Shown here: piece after piece, positions 33,085 to 43,536 of the stretch
Numbering within the stretch: position 1 is the stretch's first letter
Layout of the letters: every line of letters starts with the position of its first letter
NCBI GenBank assembly: GCA_963705255.1
Contig: OY970061.1
Coordinates: forward strand, 1,440,001-1,504,000
Length of the DNA: 64,000 nucleotides
Direction of reading: 5' to 3'
Source of the DNA: an uncultured Methanoregulaceae archaeon
Lineage (GTDB): Archaea; Halobacteriota; Methanomicrobia; Methanomicrobiales; Methanospirillaceae
The notes under the pieces: model-generated
The model's database searches: none
The model's input: only the letters and a program-made list of their open reading frames with translations
What the model was told of the DNA's origin: nothing
Translations under genes and position numbers: made by a program

Positions 33085-34279
33085 TCATCCGACCGGCATC
33101 AGGCCGGGGTGACTGCCGGTGATACTGCGGCCGCCACCCGGGGTGACAATGAATGTATTCTCGGTTCCGACCATCCCGATCCCCTTGATCCCTTTCTTGG
33201 GTTCGAGAGCGATGACCATCCCCTCTTCGAGCGGTGTGTCAAATCCCCTGGCGATCACCGGGTTTTCGGCGATCTCGAGGCCGATCCCGTGCCCGAGGAA
33301 CTGGACTTTCCGGTCCCCGTACCCCATGAAATTTTCGAGGAACGCAGGTTCGAGATCGGCCGTTACCGTCTCGTAGATCTGCGAGGGGACCGCGTCCGGC
33401 CTGAGGAGGGGGATGATGGCATCCTGGATCCCGAGGCACCGCCGGTGGACCGCGATGACTTCGTCCGGCAGCGTCCCGCCAAACACGTACGTCATGGTCT
33501 TGTCGGTGTGGTAGCCGTGATACCCGCAGCCGATGTCGCAGAAGATGAGGTCCCCCTTCCTGAGCTTCCGCTCCCGGCTGCCGAGCAGCGGGACGGCAGG
33601 CGACATCCCGGCATTGCCGCCGGGGCTGTCGAGGTAGGTCGGGTAGATGGAACTCTCGCCAAAGCCGATCAGCCCCAGCATGATCTCGGCCCCGGAGATC
33701 CCGAACCTGACGATCCCGTGGTGGCCTTCCCTCACCATGACTGCATAGAGCTCGCCCGAGAACTCGGCCTCGCTCATACCCTCGCGGAGGATACCCGGGG
33801 CGAGGTCCTCGAGGACATGGCGGTGGATGCTGCCCGCCCGCTCCATCAGCTCGCCGTTCGTACGGGCTCTTGACCGAGCGGATGTCTGCCACCACGCCAT
33901 CGACCGTCCCCGCATCGCTGAAGGCGAAATGTTTCCGGAGCCGCTGGTACGTGGCGAGCGATACCTGTTCGGTCTCCAGATACACGGTCCTGGGAATCGC
34001 ACCCGTTGCTTCTGCCGCTGTCCGGTAACTCTGCATCGGGCGGATCTGCGGGAAACGGGATTCGTCCACTGCACGTGCATAACTCCGGCGGACCCAGAGG
34101 ACAGGTTCACGTTCGCGTGGGATGAGCAGTATCCCGTCCTGCATCGTCCCGGTAAAATAGTAGAGGTTGACGTTGCTGGAGATGAGCGCAAGCTCCCAGC
34201 CGGGGTTCACGGTGTCCATCCTTACCCGGAAACGCTTCAGCCGGTCGTTGAGCTCACTAAGCGGGACCTTCGTGTGCAT
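33085..34279 (-). CDS. Xaa-Pro aminopeptidase (M24 family); frameshift near 33858
   Basis: Creatinase-N region (NLYYFTGT, RSVKSPYE), DIG...GYHTDKT, GHGIGLE, EPK and GTENT. Confidence 0.9.
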
Positions 34280-34414
34280 GCAGTACTGGTGTTGATTTTT
34301 AAAACCAAATAACTGGTGGCAGGAATTGATGGGTCCGGAAGTCCCTGGTTGCTTCCGCCCGGCCATGCTCCATTCCGCAGCTCCCGGTATGAGCCTCCCG
34401 GACAGAATTTCAGC

Positions 34415-36076
34415 TTAATGAGGGGCAAACCGGTACTGTCCCCCCGGCACGCTGATCTCGAACCGGACACCCTTACCGGGCTCTCCGTTCTCATCAATCT
34501 TCATACCATAGATTTCAAGGATATCGTGGACAAAGAAGAGGTCAAACCCGGTCATCTTGCCAAAACTCCTGGTGAACAGGTCATGTTTTTGGTCTTCCGG
34601 AATCCCGACTCCGTCGTCCTGGTAGACCAGGGTGCATCCGGATGCAGATTCACGGGCGGTGATCCGGATTTCTGTAACCTTTTTCCCGTGCTTCACCGAG
34701 TTGTCGATAAGGTGCCAGAACACTTTTTCGATGACCGGATCTGCGTATATCTCCAGGTTCTCCGCTTCGTTCGTGATCCGGACAGATCCTGCCAGACCCG
34801 TGCTGCGGATGGTGTCCAGGAGACTCCCGAGACGGTGCCAGCGGGGGGACTGCTGGCCGATCTCCTGGTATTCCTTGGTATACAGGATCTGCTGCTGGAT
34901 CACCTTGAGGATCTCTTCCTCGCGTATGCGGAATTCCTCAGCGGTATGGTCGGTAATGTGCTCCCTGCTCAGCTCGACATATCCCTGCAGTCCGGAAATC
35001 TTGTTGTAGATATCATGCCACGCAACCGTATTCATCAGGTTCAGTTTCTGGTTCGCGATCTGCAGGGCCTGCTCCTGCTTCTTGCGCTCGGTGATGTCCT
35101 CGGAAAAGATGACGATTCCGCCGATCGTGTTGTCGGCTGTGAACCACGGGCGCACCTCCCAGCTGAGCCACTGGACCGTTCCGTCTGCCCGCACGAACCG
35201 ATCCTCATCGGCGTGAACAACTTCGCCCGCAAGGCCGCGGCTGTGTACGGCCTTCCAGTAGTCCGGGATCTCGGGAAGGATCTCATAGTAAGATCGGCCA
35301 AGGATCTCCCGGTCTTCGAGATGATAGTCCGCTATCCATCTGCGGCTGGCCGCAATGTAGTGCATATCGCGGTCGAACATGGCGAGGGCGGCGGGCGCGT
35401 GCAGGATGAAGAGCCGGAGTTTCTCCTCGCTCTCCCGGAGCGTCTCCTCGGCCCGTTTGCTTTCGGTGATATCCCGGACGATAGTCCCCAGACCAGCCGG
35501 CTGTCCTGTATCGTCCCGGAGAAGGAACGCGCGTAATGCCACGGGGAAGATCGTACCGTCCTTTCTCCGGTATTCTTTCTCGTAGACATCAGAATAGCCG
35601 AGCAGCAGGACCTGTTCTTTCAGGATCTTCTCCTCGGACTCATGCCATTTCTCCGGGGTGATATCGCGGTAGGTGAACCCCCGGAGCTCTTCATCGGAAT
35701 AGCCCAGCATCTCCCGGAACGCAGGATTGTATTCTTTTATCCGGCCTGCCATGTCTACACTTGCGAATGCATCCCTCATGCTCTCGTAGAGCTTCCGGTA
35801 CCGGGTCTCGTACTGGAACAGCAGCTGCTGTTGTTTTTCTGATGCACCCGTGAAGTAATGGATGAGACCGTAGAGCAATAGTGTCGTGACGATGATGAAC
35901 CCGAACCCCTTGAGCTCCGAGTAGAGCAGGAACGCGTCCGATCCGCCGGTTATTGCAAACGCGAGGTTATCGGAAAAAAAGATCCAGGCAAGACCGATCA
36001 CAAGGTAGACCAGTGCCACCTTCAGGGCACCTGATTGCAGGAAGGCCCGGAACCGGTCCCGTGCTGAGGGTGCCAT
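34415..36076 (-). CDS. Membrane-anchored PAS histidine kinase
   Basis: Two N-terminal TM helices, two PAS domains, WHDIYN, LIDNSVKHG and DDGVGIP. Confidence 0.9.
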   Translation of the reverse strand: MAPSARDRFRAFLQSGALKVALVYLVIGLAWIFFSDNLAFAITGGSDAFLLYSELKGFGFIIVTTLLLYGLIHYFTGASEKQQQLLFQYETRYRKLYESMRDAFASVDMAGRIKEYNPAFREMLGYSDEELRGFTYRDITPEKWHESEEKILKEQVLLLGYSDVYEKEYRRKDGTIFPVALRAFLLRDDTGQPAGLGTIVRDITESKRAEETLRESEEKLRLFILHAPAALAMFDRDMHYIAASRRWIADYHLEDREILGRSYYEILPEIPDYWKAVHSRGLAGEVVHADEDRFVRADGTVQWLSWEVRPWFTADNTIGGIVIFSEDITERKKQEQALQIANQKLNLMNTVAWHDIYNKISGLQGYVELSREHITDHTAEEFRIREEEILKVIQQQILYTKEYQEIGQQSPRWHRLGSLLDTIRSTGLAGSVRITNEAENLEIYADPVIEKVFWHLIDNSVKHGKKVTEIRITARESASGCTLVYQDDGVGIPEDQKHDLFTRSFGKMTGFDLFFVHDILEIYGMKIDENGEPGKGVRFEISVPGGQYRFAPH

Positions 36077-36371
36077 GAACACACTCTCACGAAGCGAACC
36101 GCAATAAACGTTTGCCTGCCGGAAGATTTTCAGGTGCGCTCCGGTGAAAAAGGTGAATCGTTAAAAGATCCCCGCAATCCCGCATTATCGGTGAACTGGT
36201 GGACCGGCACCTCAACCGGGCGGAGATCCCGTCCGGGTCGACTGCATATCTTCCCGATCGTATCAGCAGGCACCACCGGGGACGCGGGTACCGGCCGGTC
36301 ATCCGTGCTGCTGCCTGCACCATCCCTGCATCCTGCCGGTCATCCGGGATTCGTGTATCTGGTCCGGGTTA

Positions 36372-36544
36372 GGGGGGTCGGATGGGGTCGGGCACCAAAA
36401 AAATGAAGCCACACGCGATCTCGAATCTCATTTTTGACTTCCCCTTTGAGCGTTATCTGCAGATGTTCAATTATCGCGATCTCAAGGAGGGTTGTGGGAG
36501 GGTGGAGGATCAGCGTGGTACGATATTACCCCATCCGACCCCCC
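36372..36544. repeat. 173-bp segment bounded by perfect 17-bp inverted repeats (MITE-like)
   Basis: GGGGGGTCGGATGGGGT at 36372-36388 and ACCCCATCCGACCCCCC at 36528-36544; no clear target-site duplication. Confidence 0.6.
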
Positions 36545-36646
36545 AGAACTCTTTGTATTTCTGGGCAGATTTTTTGTATATTTTTGTGTGATTTTATGAC
36601 GTAAAGTTTTGAGTGAGTGGTGGCTTGGGCAGGCTGGATTGGGAGG

Positions 36647-36666
36647 GGGGGGTCGGATGGGGTAAT
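36647..36666 (+). repeat. G-rich motif GGGGGGTCGGATGGGGTAAT
   Basis: Identical to 39818-39837 and to the reverse complement of 36525-36544. Confidence 0.8.
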
Positions 36667-36929
36667 GTTGGTGGCACGACGGGATTTCTCCGGAGATGTG
36701 CCGTACGCCAAACGAAGGCACCCGGAGGAAATACTCCCCCCGGAATTTTTGCCTGATTGGTAACCAAGAGCCAGAGAACAGAACAGGCGCCACAACCTGC
36801 CAGCTACGGCCATGAAGTTCTCCGTTCTCTCCGGAAATACCCGGGTGCAGGTACATCACGTAAGTTTTATCTGATCGGGAATTCTTTCTTAATTTTTCTG
36901 GTTGATGGTGACAGGGACGGGATCTTTCG

Positions 36930-38405
36930 ATGTTTGAACGGTTTGATCTGGCAAAAAAAACTGAAGACAAGGTGTTTCAGAAGGATATCGAACCAATGCA
37001 AAGGCAGCTGGGAATTTTTCAGAGGGATCTCCGGGATAAAAAAATACCGGTGATAATTGTCGTTGAAGGCTGGAATGCCTCCGGCATCACGATGGTGATG
37101 AACGAACTCATCCAGTTCCTGGATCCCCGTGGCTTCTCCCTGCACTCGATCGGTTCACCCTCCGACGCAGAGAGGACCCGGCCATTATTATGGCGGTTCT
37201 GGGAAAAAATCCCTGCGAAGGGACGCATCGCCCTCTTTGCCCGGAGCTGGTACAGCCGCTCACTTGCAGAGATAATTTCAGGGATCGAGTGGAAACGGGG
37301 AGTCAGACATTCCTTGTCGCAGATCAACCAGTTCGAACGCCAGCTGGCTGATGACGGAACCATCATTATTAAATTTTTTCTCCACATCAGCAAGGAAGAG
37401 CAGAAGAAACGCCTGGATGAACGTGAACAAAACCCATTGACGTCGTGGATGATCACCAAAGGCGACTGGGATTTTCATAACCAGTATGACAGTTATCTTC
37501 CTGTTATTGAGGACTATATTGAAGGGACCGACCGTCCTTACGCCCCGTGGATGATAATTGAGGCCACTGACAGGAATTACACGATCCTCAAGGCCTTTTC
37601 AGCAGTGATAAAGACACTGGAAAAAAACCTGGCAGCATCAGATAAAAATGCCTTAGAAAAGAATGGGAATTCCGAGGTTAACAGACCAAAGAAAGTCGAG
37701 GTCAAACGGAAATCCTTTCCCGCAGTTGCCCTGACCCGGCCTGAATACGAACAAAATTTGATCATGTACCAGCAGCAGGTCCGGGAGATCCAGTACCGGT
37801 TGTACAAAAGGAAGATCCCGCTTATTATTGTCTATGAAGGATGGGACGCAGCAGGTAAAGGAGGCAACATCATGCGCCTTGTCCGGCACATGAACCCGCG
37901 GGGGTATGATGTCATTCCCATATCCCGGCCAAATGATACGGAAAACGAGTATCACTATCTCCGGAGGTTTGTCCGGAAGTTCCCGGGAGAGGGACAGATA
38001 ACGATCTTCGATCGGAGCTGGTACGGGCGTGTTCTTGTCGAACGGATCGAAGGCTTCTGTTCCGGGACCGAATGGAAACGGGCATACAACGAGATCAATG
38101 AGATGGAAGAGACGTACGTGGAAGACGGCGGGGGGCTGATAAAATTCTGGCTCGAAATCGATAAAAATGAGCAGATCCGGCGGTTCAGGCAGCGGGAAAA
38201 GGATCCGTTCAAACAGTGGAAGATCACCGATGAGGACTGGAGGAACCATGAGAAATGGAATCTCTATGATGAGGCAGTCGATGAAATGCTCGCCCGTACA
38301 AACACTCCCGTCGCTCCCTGGACCGTTGTTGAATCCGGTAATAAATGGTATGCACGGCTGAAAACCCTGCAGACCGTCATTTCCTATGGTGAACAGTTCC
38401 TGTGA
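36930..38405 (+). CDS. Polyphosphate:AMP phosphotransferase (two-domain PPK2)
   Basis: Two PPK2 domains: EGWNASGI/ARSWY and EGWDAAGKGG/FDRSWYGR...WKITDEDW. Confidence 0.92.
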   Translation: MFERFDLAKKTEDKVFQKDIEPMQRQLGIFQRDLRDKKIPVIIVVEGWNASGITMVMNELIQFLDPRGFSLHSIGSPSDAERTRPLLWRFWEKIPAKGRIALFARSWYSRSLAEIISGIEWKRGVRHSLSQINQFERQLADDGTIIIKFFLHISKEEQKKRLDEREQNPLTSWMITKGDWDFHNQYDSYLPVIEDYIEGTDRPYAPWMIIEATDRNYTILKAFSAVIKTLEKNLAASDKNALEKNGNSEVNRPKKVEVKRKSFPAVALTRPEYEQNLIMYQQQVREIQYRLYKRKIPLIIVYEGWDAAGKGGNIMRLVRHMNPRGYDVIPISRPNDTENEYHYLRRFVRKFPGEGQITIFDRSWYGRVLVERIEGFCSGTEWKRAYNEINEMEETYVEDGGGLIKFWLEIDKNEQIRRFRQREKDPFKQWKITDEDWRNHEKWNLYDEAVDEMLARTNTPVAPWTVVESGNKWYARLKTLQTVISYGEQFL

Positions 38406-38574
38406 CCGTTCAGGGAACGATCGCGCAGGTGTGTCATACCAAACGTGATGGCTCCCCGCCTGCCTGGGAAGTGCCCTTCATTTCCGGGCAGGTTCCCGGT
38501 AAAGGGGCACGGAACATCGAGGTTGCAGTTTGAAACATCAGCCCTGAATCAGTTTCTCATTCATAATTGTCATG

Positions 38575-38610
38575 AATCGACAACCAAATCGACAACCAAA
38601 TCGACAACCA
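38575..38610. repeat. Perfect tandem repeat (AATCGACAACCA)x3
   Basis: Read directly; lies between the convergent ppk2 and fic genes. Confidence 0.9.
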
Positions 38611-38673
38611 TGGAGAGAATCCGGTGGGCTTTTTAAGGGCAGTTCCATCCCAGAATTTTGAGAGATTAACAGG

Positions 38674-39726
38674 TTATACCATCACATACCGTGTGGCACG
38701 CCCCCTTCTTTCAGTTTTTATAAGATTCCGCGCTCTCATCCCGGCAAGTTCCTTGCCCGCGGCCTGACGGGAAATGCCATACAGCCGCATCAGATCCCCG
38801 CTCTTCACCGATCCATTGGCGTGGATGTACTCAATGATCTTCATCTGCCGCTCGGACAGCGCCACCTGTCCGCCGGACACCTTCCGGTGCTCATCTGACG
38901 AGAGCAGCAGCACCCGCTCTTTCACCCGGTGCAGCGAGATCTCCACGCCCTCCGTGAAGTATTCCAGCCATACCGTGCAATCCGGATAGGTCGGGTTCAC
39001 CGCTTTGAGCACTGCATAGTAGGCAGGCCGGTCGCTGTCGTAAAAATCATCCAGCGTGAAGAACCGTTTGATATCGAACTCCCGCATCGCAAGGATGAGC
39101 GTGGCAAGCGCCCGGGCCGTCCGCCCGTTGCCGTCTACGAACGGGTGAATCCGTACGAGTTCGTAATGCGCAATCCCGGCAACGAGGACCGGGTGCATCT
39201 GGTGCGCCTCATCGGAATTCAGCCAGGTGGCGAGAGCGGCCATCAGAAGGGGAACCTCTTTTACGGGTGGTGGTGAATACACCACTTCTTTTGTTTGACG
39301 GTTCCCGACCACGACCCGGACCTTCCGGAACGCCCCCTCCTGTGCCGGGTCATCGAGGGTTCCCTGCGTTATGTCGCGGTGGAGCTCGAGGATATGTCCT
39401 TCCAGGATCTGCCCGCCGTTCTGGTAGGTATCGATATGTTCCAGCACCCGCAGGTAATTGAGCACCTCGGCTTTTGCCCGCCGGGCCGCCATCACGTCCC
39501 GGCCTTCCGCCAGCCGGCTCACCTCTTCGAGCGAAAGCGGGTTCCCCTCAATCGCGGTGGAGGCGTGTGCAGCCCGGATGAGCTGCTCCCGGCGGATAGA
39601 AACCTCCCATTTCGGTACGAGATGTGCATGGAGGATGACTTCCCGGGCTGCAGCAATTGCCGCAAGCCGTTTCACCATTTCATGGCTGTAGGTGAATGCC
39701 GGTGAAAATGTGCGGGAATCTTTCAT
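38674..39726 (-). CDS. Fic family protein (class II) with C-terminal wHTH
   Basis: HPFVDGNGRTAR catalytic motif and STAIEGN inhibitory motif. Confidence 0.93.
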   Translation of the reverse strand: MKDSRTFSPAFTYSHEMVKRLAAIAAAREVILHAHLVPKWEVSIRREQLIRAAHASTAIEGNPLSLEEVSRLAEGRDVMAARRAKAEVLNYLRVLEHIDTYQNGGQILEGHILELHRDITQGTLDDPAQEGAFRKVRVVVGNRQTKEVVYSPPPVKEVPLLMAALATWLNSDEAHQMHPVLVAGIAHYELVRIHPFVDGNGRTARALATLILAMREFDIKRFFTLDDFYDSDRPAYYAVLKAVNPTYPDCTVWLEYFTEGVEISLHRVKERVLLLSSDEHRKVSGGQVALSERQMKIIEYIHANGSVKSGDLMRLYGISRQAAGKELAGMRARNLIKTERRGRATRYVMV

Positions 39727-39817
39727 GTCATATCCCTTATGTTCTCTTTTGCACTCCGGCCTTCATGGTTATTGCGGTTCGGATCACGATCAGGAACCCT
39801 AGCCGGAAAAGACTATG

Positions 39818-40195
39818 GGGGGGTCGGATGGGGTAATTTTGTTTTCAGGTGGTCCCTCCGGACCTTTCCCGGGACATTTCCGGCCCGATCTGAGTTGGGC
39901 CGGAATTTTTTTTGACGCGATCTGACATGAGCCAAAAATATTTTTGGGCCGATCTGAGTTGAGGCAAATTTATTTTTGGCGCGACCGGCGCGTGTCTGAC
40001 AGCGGGTGTTCAGATGTGAAACTTATTTTTGGGGAGGGGGTCCCAAATATTTTTCTGGCTCGTACTGAGTTGAGGCAAAACATTCCCCGGCGCGATCCGA
40101 GTTGGGCCGGAATTTTTTTTGGCGGGATCGGACATGAGGCAAAAATAATTTTGGAGAAGACTGAGTTGAGCCGGAATAATTTTTGGGAGGTCGCG
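39818..40195 (+). repeat. G-rich motif followed by 32-bp-period degenerate tandem arrays
   Basis: Units start at 39881, 39913, 39945 and 39977, then 40056, 40088, 40120, 40152 and 40184; consensus about YGGCGCGATCTGASWTGRGSCRRAAWWWTTTT. Confidence 0.85.
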
Positions 40196-40924
40196 GGCGA
40201 TAGGTTTCTGGTTTGCCCATATTGGGTGGTTTGATTTAAGGGTACCCGTTATGATCGTACTATCAGGGAGTTCTTGCACTACCCGGATCACCGCCGGAGA
40301 CCTCCTCCTGCCTCTCCAGTACCACCCTTCGGAGGACCTCATCTATAAGTCCCCGATCCGGGTCCTGTACGAGCCCGGATTACCTCTCCGGGAGGGTAGT
40401 TTCCGGAATTAGATGCGAAAAAGTGCGAATTCCGGCACATTTTTTCCGGGAACACGTTTTCCACAGGATTTACGGCAAATGGAGCATTTTCCTTTGAACT
40501 ATAAAACGCTATTGTACGCTTTTGGGAGGCGAAACTCAAGGCCGATCGGCCTTCGGGTTCCGCACCCGTTTTTCGGCCCGCAAAATGGGGATACGTGAGG
40601 CTTTTTGCGGGGTGTTTTTTGGCGGTTTTCCGGGCATTGTCCCGGAATATGTTTTTGGTGGAGATCGTGCGTCCAAATGCCCCCAAATACCGTCTCCATA
40701 TTATCGACGTGAAACCAGGCAAATTTCCGGGAAATACTTCCTCGTTTTCGTGAATTACTGTCTCTGTTATGAGAAATCGGGGAAAACGGGGGCTGGAATG
40801 GGGCCGGATTAAAGGCATTCTGACTAGGCTAAAAATGGAGTGGGTTCACCCCCCTCGCAGATGGGGGCCGCCGGACTGCCAATATGAGAATGGACTTCCT
40901 TCATTACCCGAGTCGGTCCTGATT

Positions 40925-41048
40925 ATGCCGGAATTTTTTTGGCGCAATCCGCGGTACGAGACAAAAAATTTCCGGCGCGATTAGAGATGATACAAGAATA
41001 TTTTTGGAGAGTACTGAGTTGAGCTAGGAAAATTATTGGGGAGGTTGC
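40925..41048 (+). repeat. Further copy of the 32-bp tandem array
   Basis: Units at 40940, 40973, 41005 and 41037; the end TGGAGAGTACTGAGTTGAGC...TGGGGAGGT matches 40152-40191. Confidence 0.75.
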
Positions 41049-41219
41049 TAGCTGAGGACTTCAGCTGTGTATTGAGCAAATTTGAGTTTTTTATTGGGTG
41101 GAGAGTAGTTAACGGGTCTATGAAGCGATTTCACGGCATGTGATCTTTTCGGAAGGAAATGATCATCCAGAATTCGATCCTTCTAATGAATTTTGTTTGC
41201 GATAGTTTCAATTGATCGG

Positions 41220-43523
41220 TTATTTCGTGTTTTGAACTTTAAGGAATTCTGATAGGCAAATTTTTTCAGATTCTTTTAATTCGGGTGTGTTTAGAACAGT
41301 CTCAATTCTCTTTCGGAATTCGTCTTCAGATTTAATAGGTTCTAATGAATAGGGGGTAATTGGAGAAAGATATTTGTTTTCGCGTGATGAACGAATAATT
41401 TCAATAATTATTCTATTATCCATCCACATTTTCTCTATTATTTCAATCAAATTTGGATCGTTTTGATTCAAATTATTCCAAACAAAGATTATTATACTCA
41501 AATACGGCGATGAAAAATTTTTTAGATCCGTTAAAAAAGAATTTCGAACATTTCGTAAGAAAATTTCTTCAATTCCTTTCAATTCCGTCAAATCAAGAAA
41601 AATGTTTTTCGGAAGAACATCTAGTGGAGTAGGATTACGTTCATATTCTTCCATTTCTAATAGTGTAAGTTCCGTAAAAAAATCAGGCAACAGTAGTCCG
41701 GTATCTAACTGAGCATCTTTCCACTGCCAACCTTCTTCTTTATTTTGTTGCCGGATTACAAAAATTGATATTGCTTCTAAGGGAAATGAAGTTCCTTGTA
41801 AAAACGCATTTTTAAGTAATTCCGGTCTTTTTTCTTTGGGGAATAGAGATAATGCTCTAAAGAGTATTGTTATGATATAATCAAAAATATTTTTTCTGAT
41901 ATTAGGTTGGGAGAATGATAGATTTTTATTACTTAAAACTTCATTTTTTATTTTGAAGATTCCAGATATGAGGTTTTCGAGAGATGTTTGTGGTGTTTCA
42001 GTATCAATTAATGGAAGAACATTCTCAAAGAATAGAAGGGCTTTAGATCCTGCTTGGCTGGATCTTTCACTTAATCGTGTTATAAATTCTGCAAATTTAT
42101 CAGGGTTATCGATACTGTTTAAAATGTTACTTAGTTCTGTATTTGAGAAAAGATCTGGCTCAGTCTGGAGTTTAAAATATTTGAGAAACGTATCGTAATT
42201 ATAACTAATGTTTAATATTTTTGGAGTTCGAACGGTATATATATTAGATTTTGTAAAAAAATGCTGGATATATGGAGAAATTTCTGGAAAAAGAGATGCT
42301 ATAATTATCGCAACTGCTTTCCGATCTTCTTGAATTATATTCGAATTTATCCAATCCGCATGTATTTTTGTTAAAAATTCAGAACTTTGATCTCTATTAA
42401 ACCATAAACTCTCTACAGAGGCGTCTAGGATGAAAAATCTATGATTGTCCTTTATATGGTTATATAATTCGGGGTAATTTTGTCTAAGAATTAAAATACC
42501 AATAAAATCAATAATATTAACTTCATTTTTTACAGAGGGATAAAGAATTAATAATGCATTATTGAGTCGTATTACATTCCGAGGAGTCCTAAGAAAATGG
42601 CGCAATCCATTATGATAAATATCAGTCCATCGTGTGGATTCAATTAAATTATCCTCAAATTTTTCATCAAAAATAATTTTTTCGGTGTAATCTTTTAATA
42701 GATTTTCTCCGATCATTGGTAAGGGAATGGTAAATTGGACAATTTTTTCAAGATATTTTAGACCAGCTCTTGAGTTATTCTGGCTTGAATTATTGAATTC
42801 ACATTTGAGAGCATCGATGACAATTTCATCGTCATAAGCAAGTAAATAAATTATATTTGGAAAATCTGCGATTGCTTTAATTGCTCTGAATAATTCCCTA
42901 ATTTCGTCAGATGTGAGACGATCGATATCATCGATAACGATAACAATTTTTTCATTCAATTCTTTCAATTCTTCAATTATTTCAGGTTTGATTTCAAAAA
43001 TGGATTTTACTGCATTTTCTATCTTTGATTCAATTATTTTATTAATTCCAGTAAATGCCCATCCTGATATTTGTCCTTCCAATGTCGGCACTTTTTTTAA
43101 GTGCGATCCATATGTAAAAAAATGATTTAATACTTTCAATGTTTTCGCAGAAAATTTTGATGCACAAATATTTGTCTGAGCTTTAAGTTGCGTGAAAAAT
43201 TGAGAGACAATATCCTGATGACCGGAAAAAAGCCAAGGATCAAAATTAAAAACAATTGTCTCTTGATCATTCAAAGGGGCGACCAAGTCTTGGCGATAGT
43301 TAGTAAGATATTCTTTTGTATAAAAAAGAAAAGACGATTTTCCGCTTCCCCATTTTCCGTTTATGGCGATTACATAGCCCGATTGGGGATCTAAACGAAT
43401 TATATTGGATGCAAGTTCTTTGGCAACTGGTTTATATCCAAAGTAATCTATTCTAAAATCATGAACTGATGATTCATTTACACAATATTGAGAGAAATGC
43501 GAATTATCATTTTTTTCATCCAT
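41220..43523 (-). CDS. KAP family P-loop NTPase
   Basis: GKWGSGKS, FDPWLF, IVIVIDDIDR, YLEKIVQ...LP and TPRNV; very AT-rich. Confidence 0.9.
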   Translation of the reverse strand: MDEKNDNSHFSQYCVNESSVHDFRIDYFGYKPVAKELASNIIRLDPQSGYVIAINGKWGSGKSSFLFYTKEYLTNYRQDLVAPLNDQETIVFNFDPWLFSGHQDIVSQFFTQLKAQTNICASKFSAKTLKVLNHFFTYGSHLKKVPTLEGQISGWAFTGINKIIESKIENAVKSIFEIKPEIIEELKELNEKIVIVIDDIDRLTSDEIRELFRAIKAIADFPNIIYLLAYDDEIVIDALKCEFNNSSQNNSRAGLKYLEKIVQFTIPLPMIGENLLKDYTEKIIFDEKFEDNLIESTRWTDIYHNGLRHFLRTPRNVIRLNNALLILYPSVKNEVNIIDFIGILILRQNYPELYNHIKDNHRFFILDASVESLWFNRDQSSEFLTKIHADWINSNIIQEDRKAVAIIIASLFPEISPYIQHFFTKSNIYTVRTPKILNISYNYDTFLKYFKLQTEPDLFSNTELSNILNSIDNPDKFAEFITRLSERSSQAGSKALLFFENVLPLIDTETPQTSLENLISGIFKIKNEVLSNKNLSFSQPNIRKNIFDYIITILFRALSLFPKEKRPELLKNAFLQGTSFPLEAISIFVIRQQNKEEGWQWKDAQLDTGLLLPDFFTELTLLEMEEYERNPTPLDVLPKNIFLDLTELKGIEEIFLRNVRNSFLTDLKNFSSPYLSIIIFVWNNLNQNDPNLIEIIEKMWMDNRIIIEIIRSSRENKYLSPITPYSLEPIKSEDEFRKRIETVLNTPELKESEKICLSEFLKVQNTK

Positions 43524-43536
43524 GTTCGTGCCTTTT

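Noticed and set aside
39881-41048. CRISPR array, repeat-protein gene or canonical Orc1/Cdc6 origin
   Set aside because: Units abut without spacers, the 32-bp period breaks reading frame, no ORB consensus was recognised and no cdc6 is adjacent.
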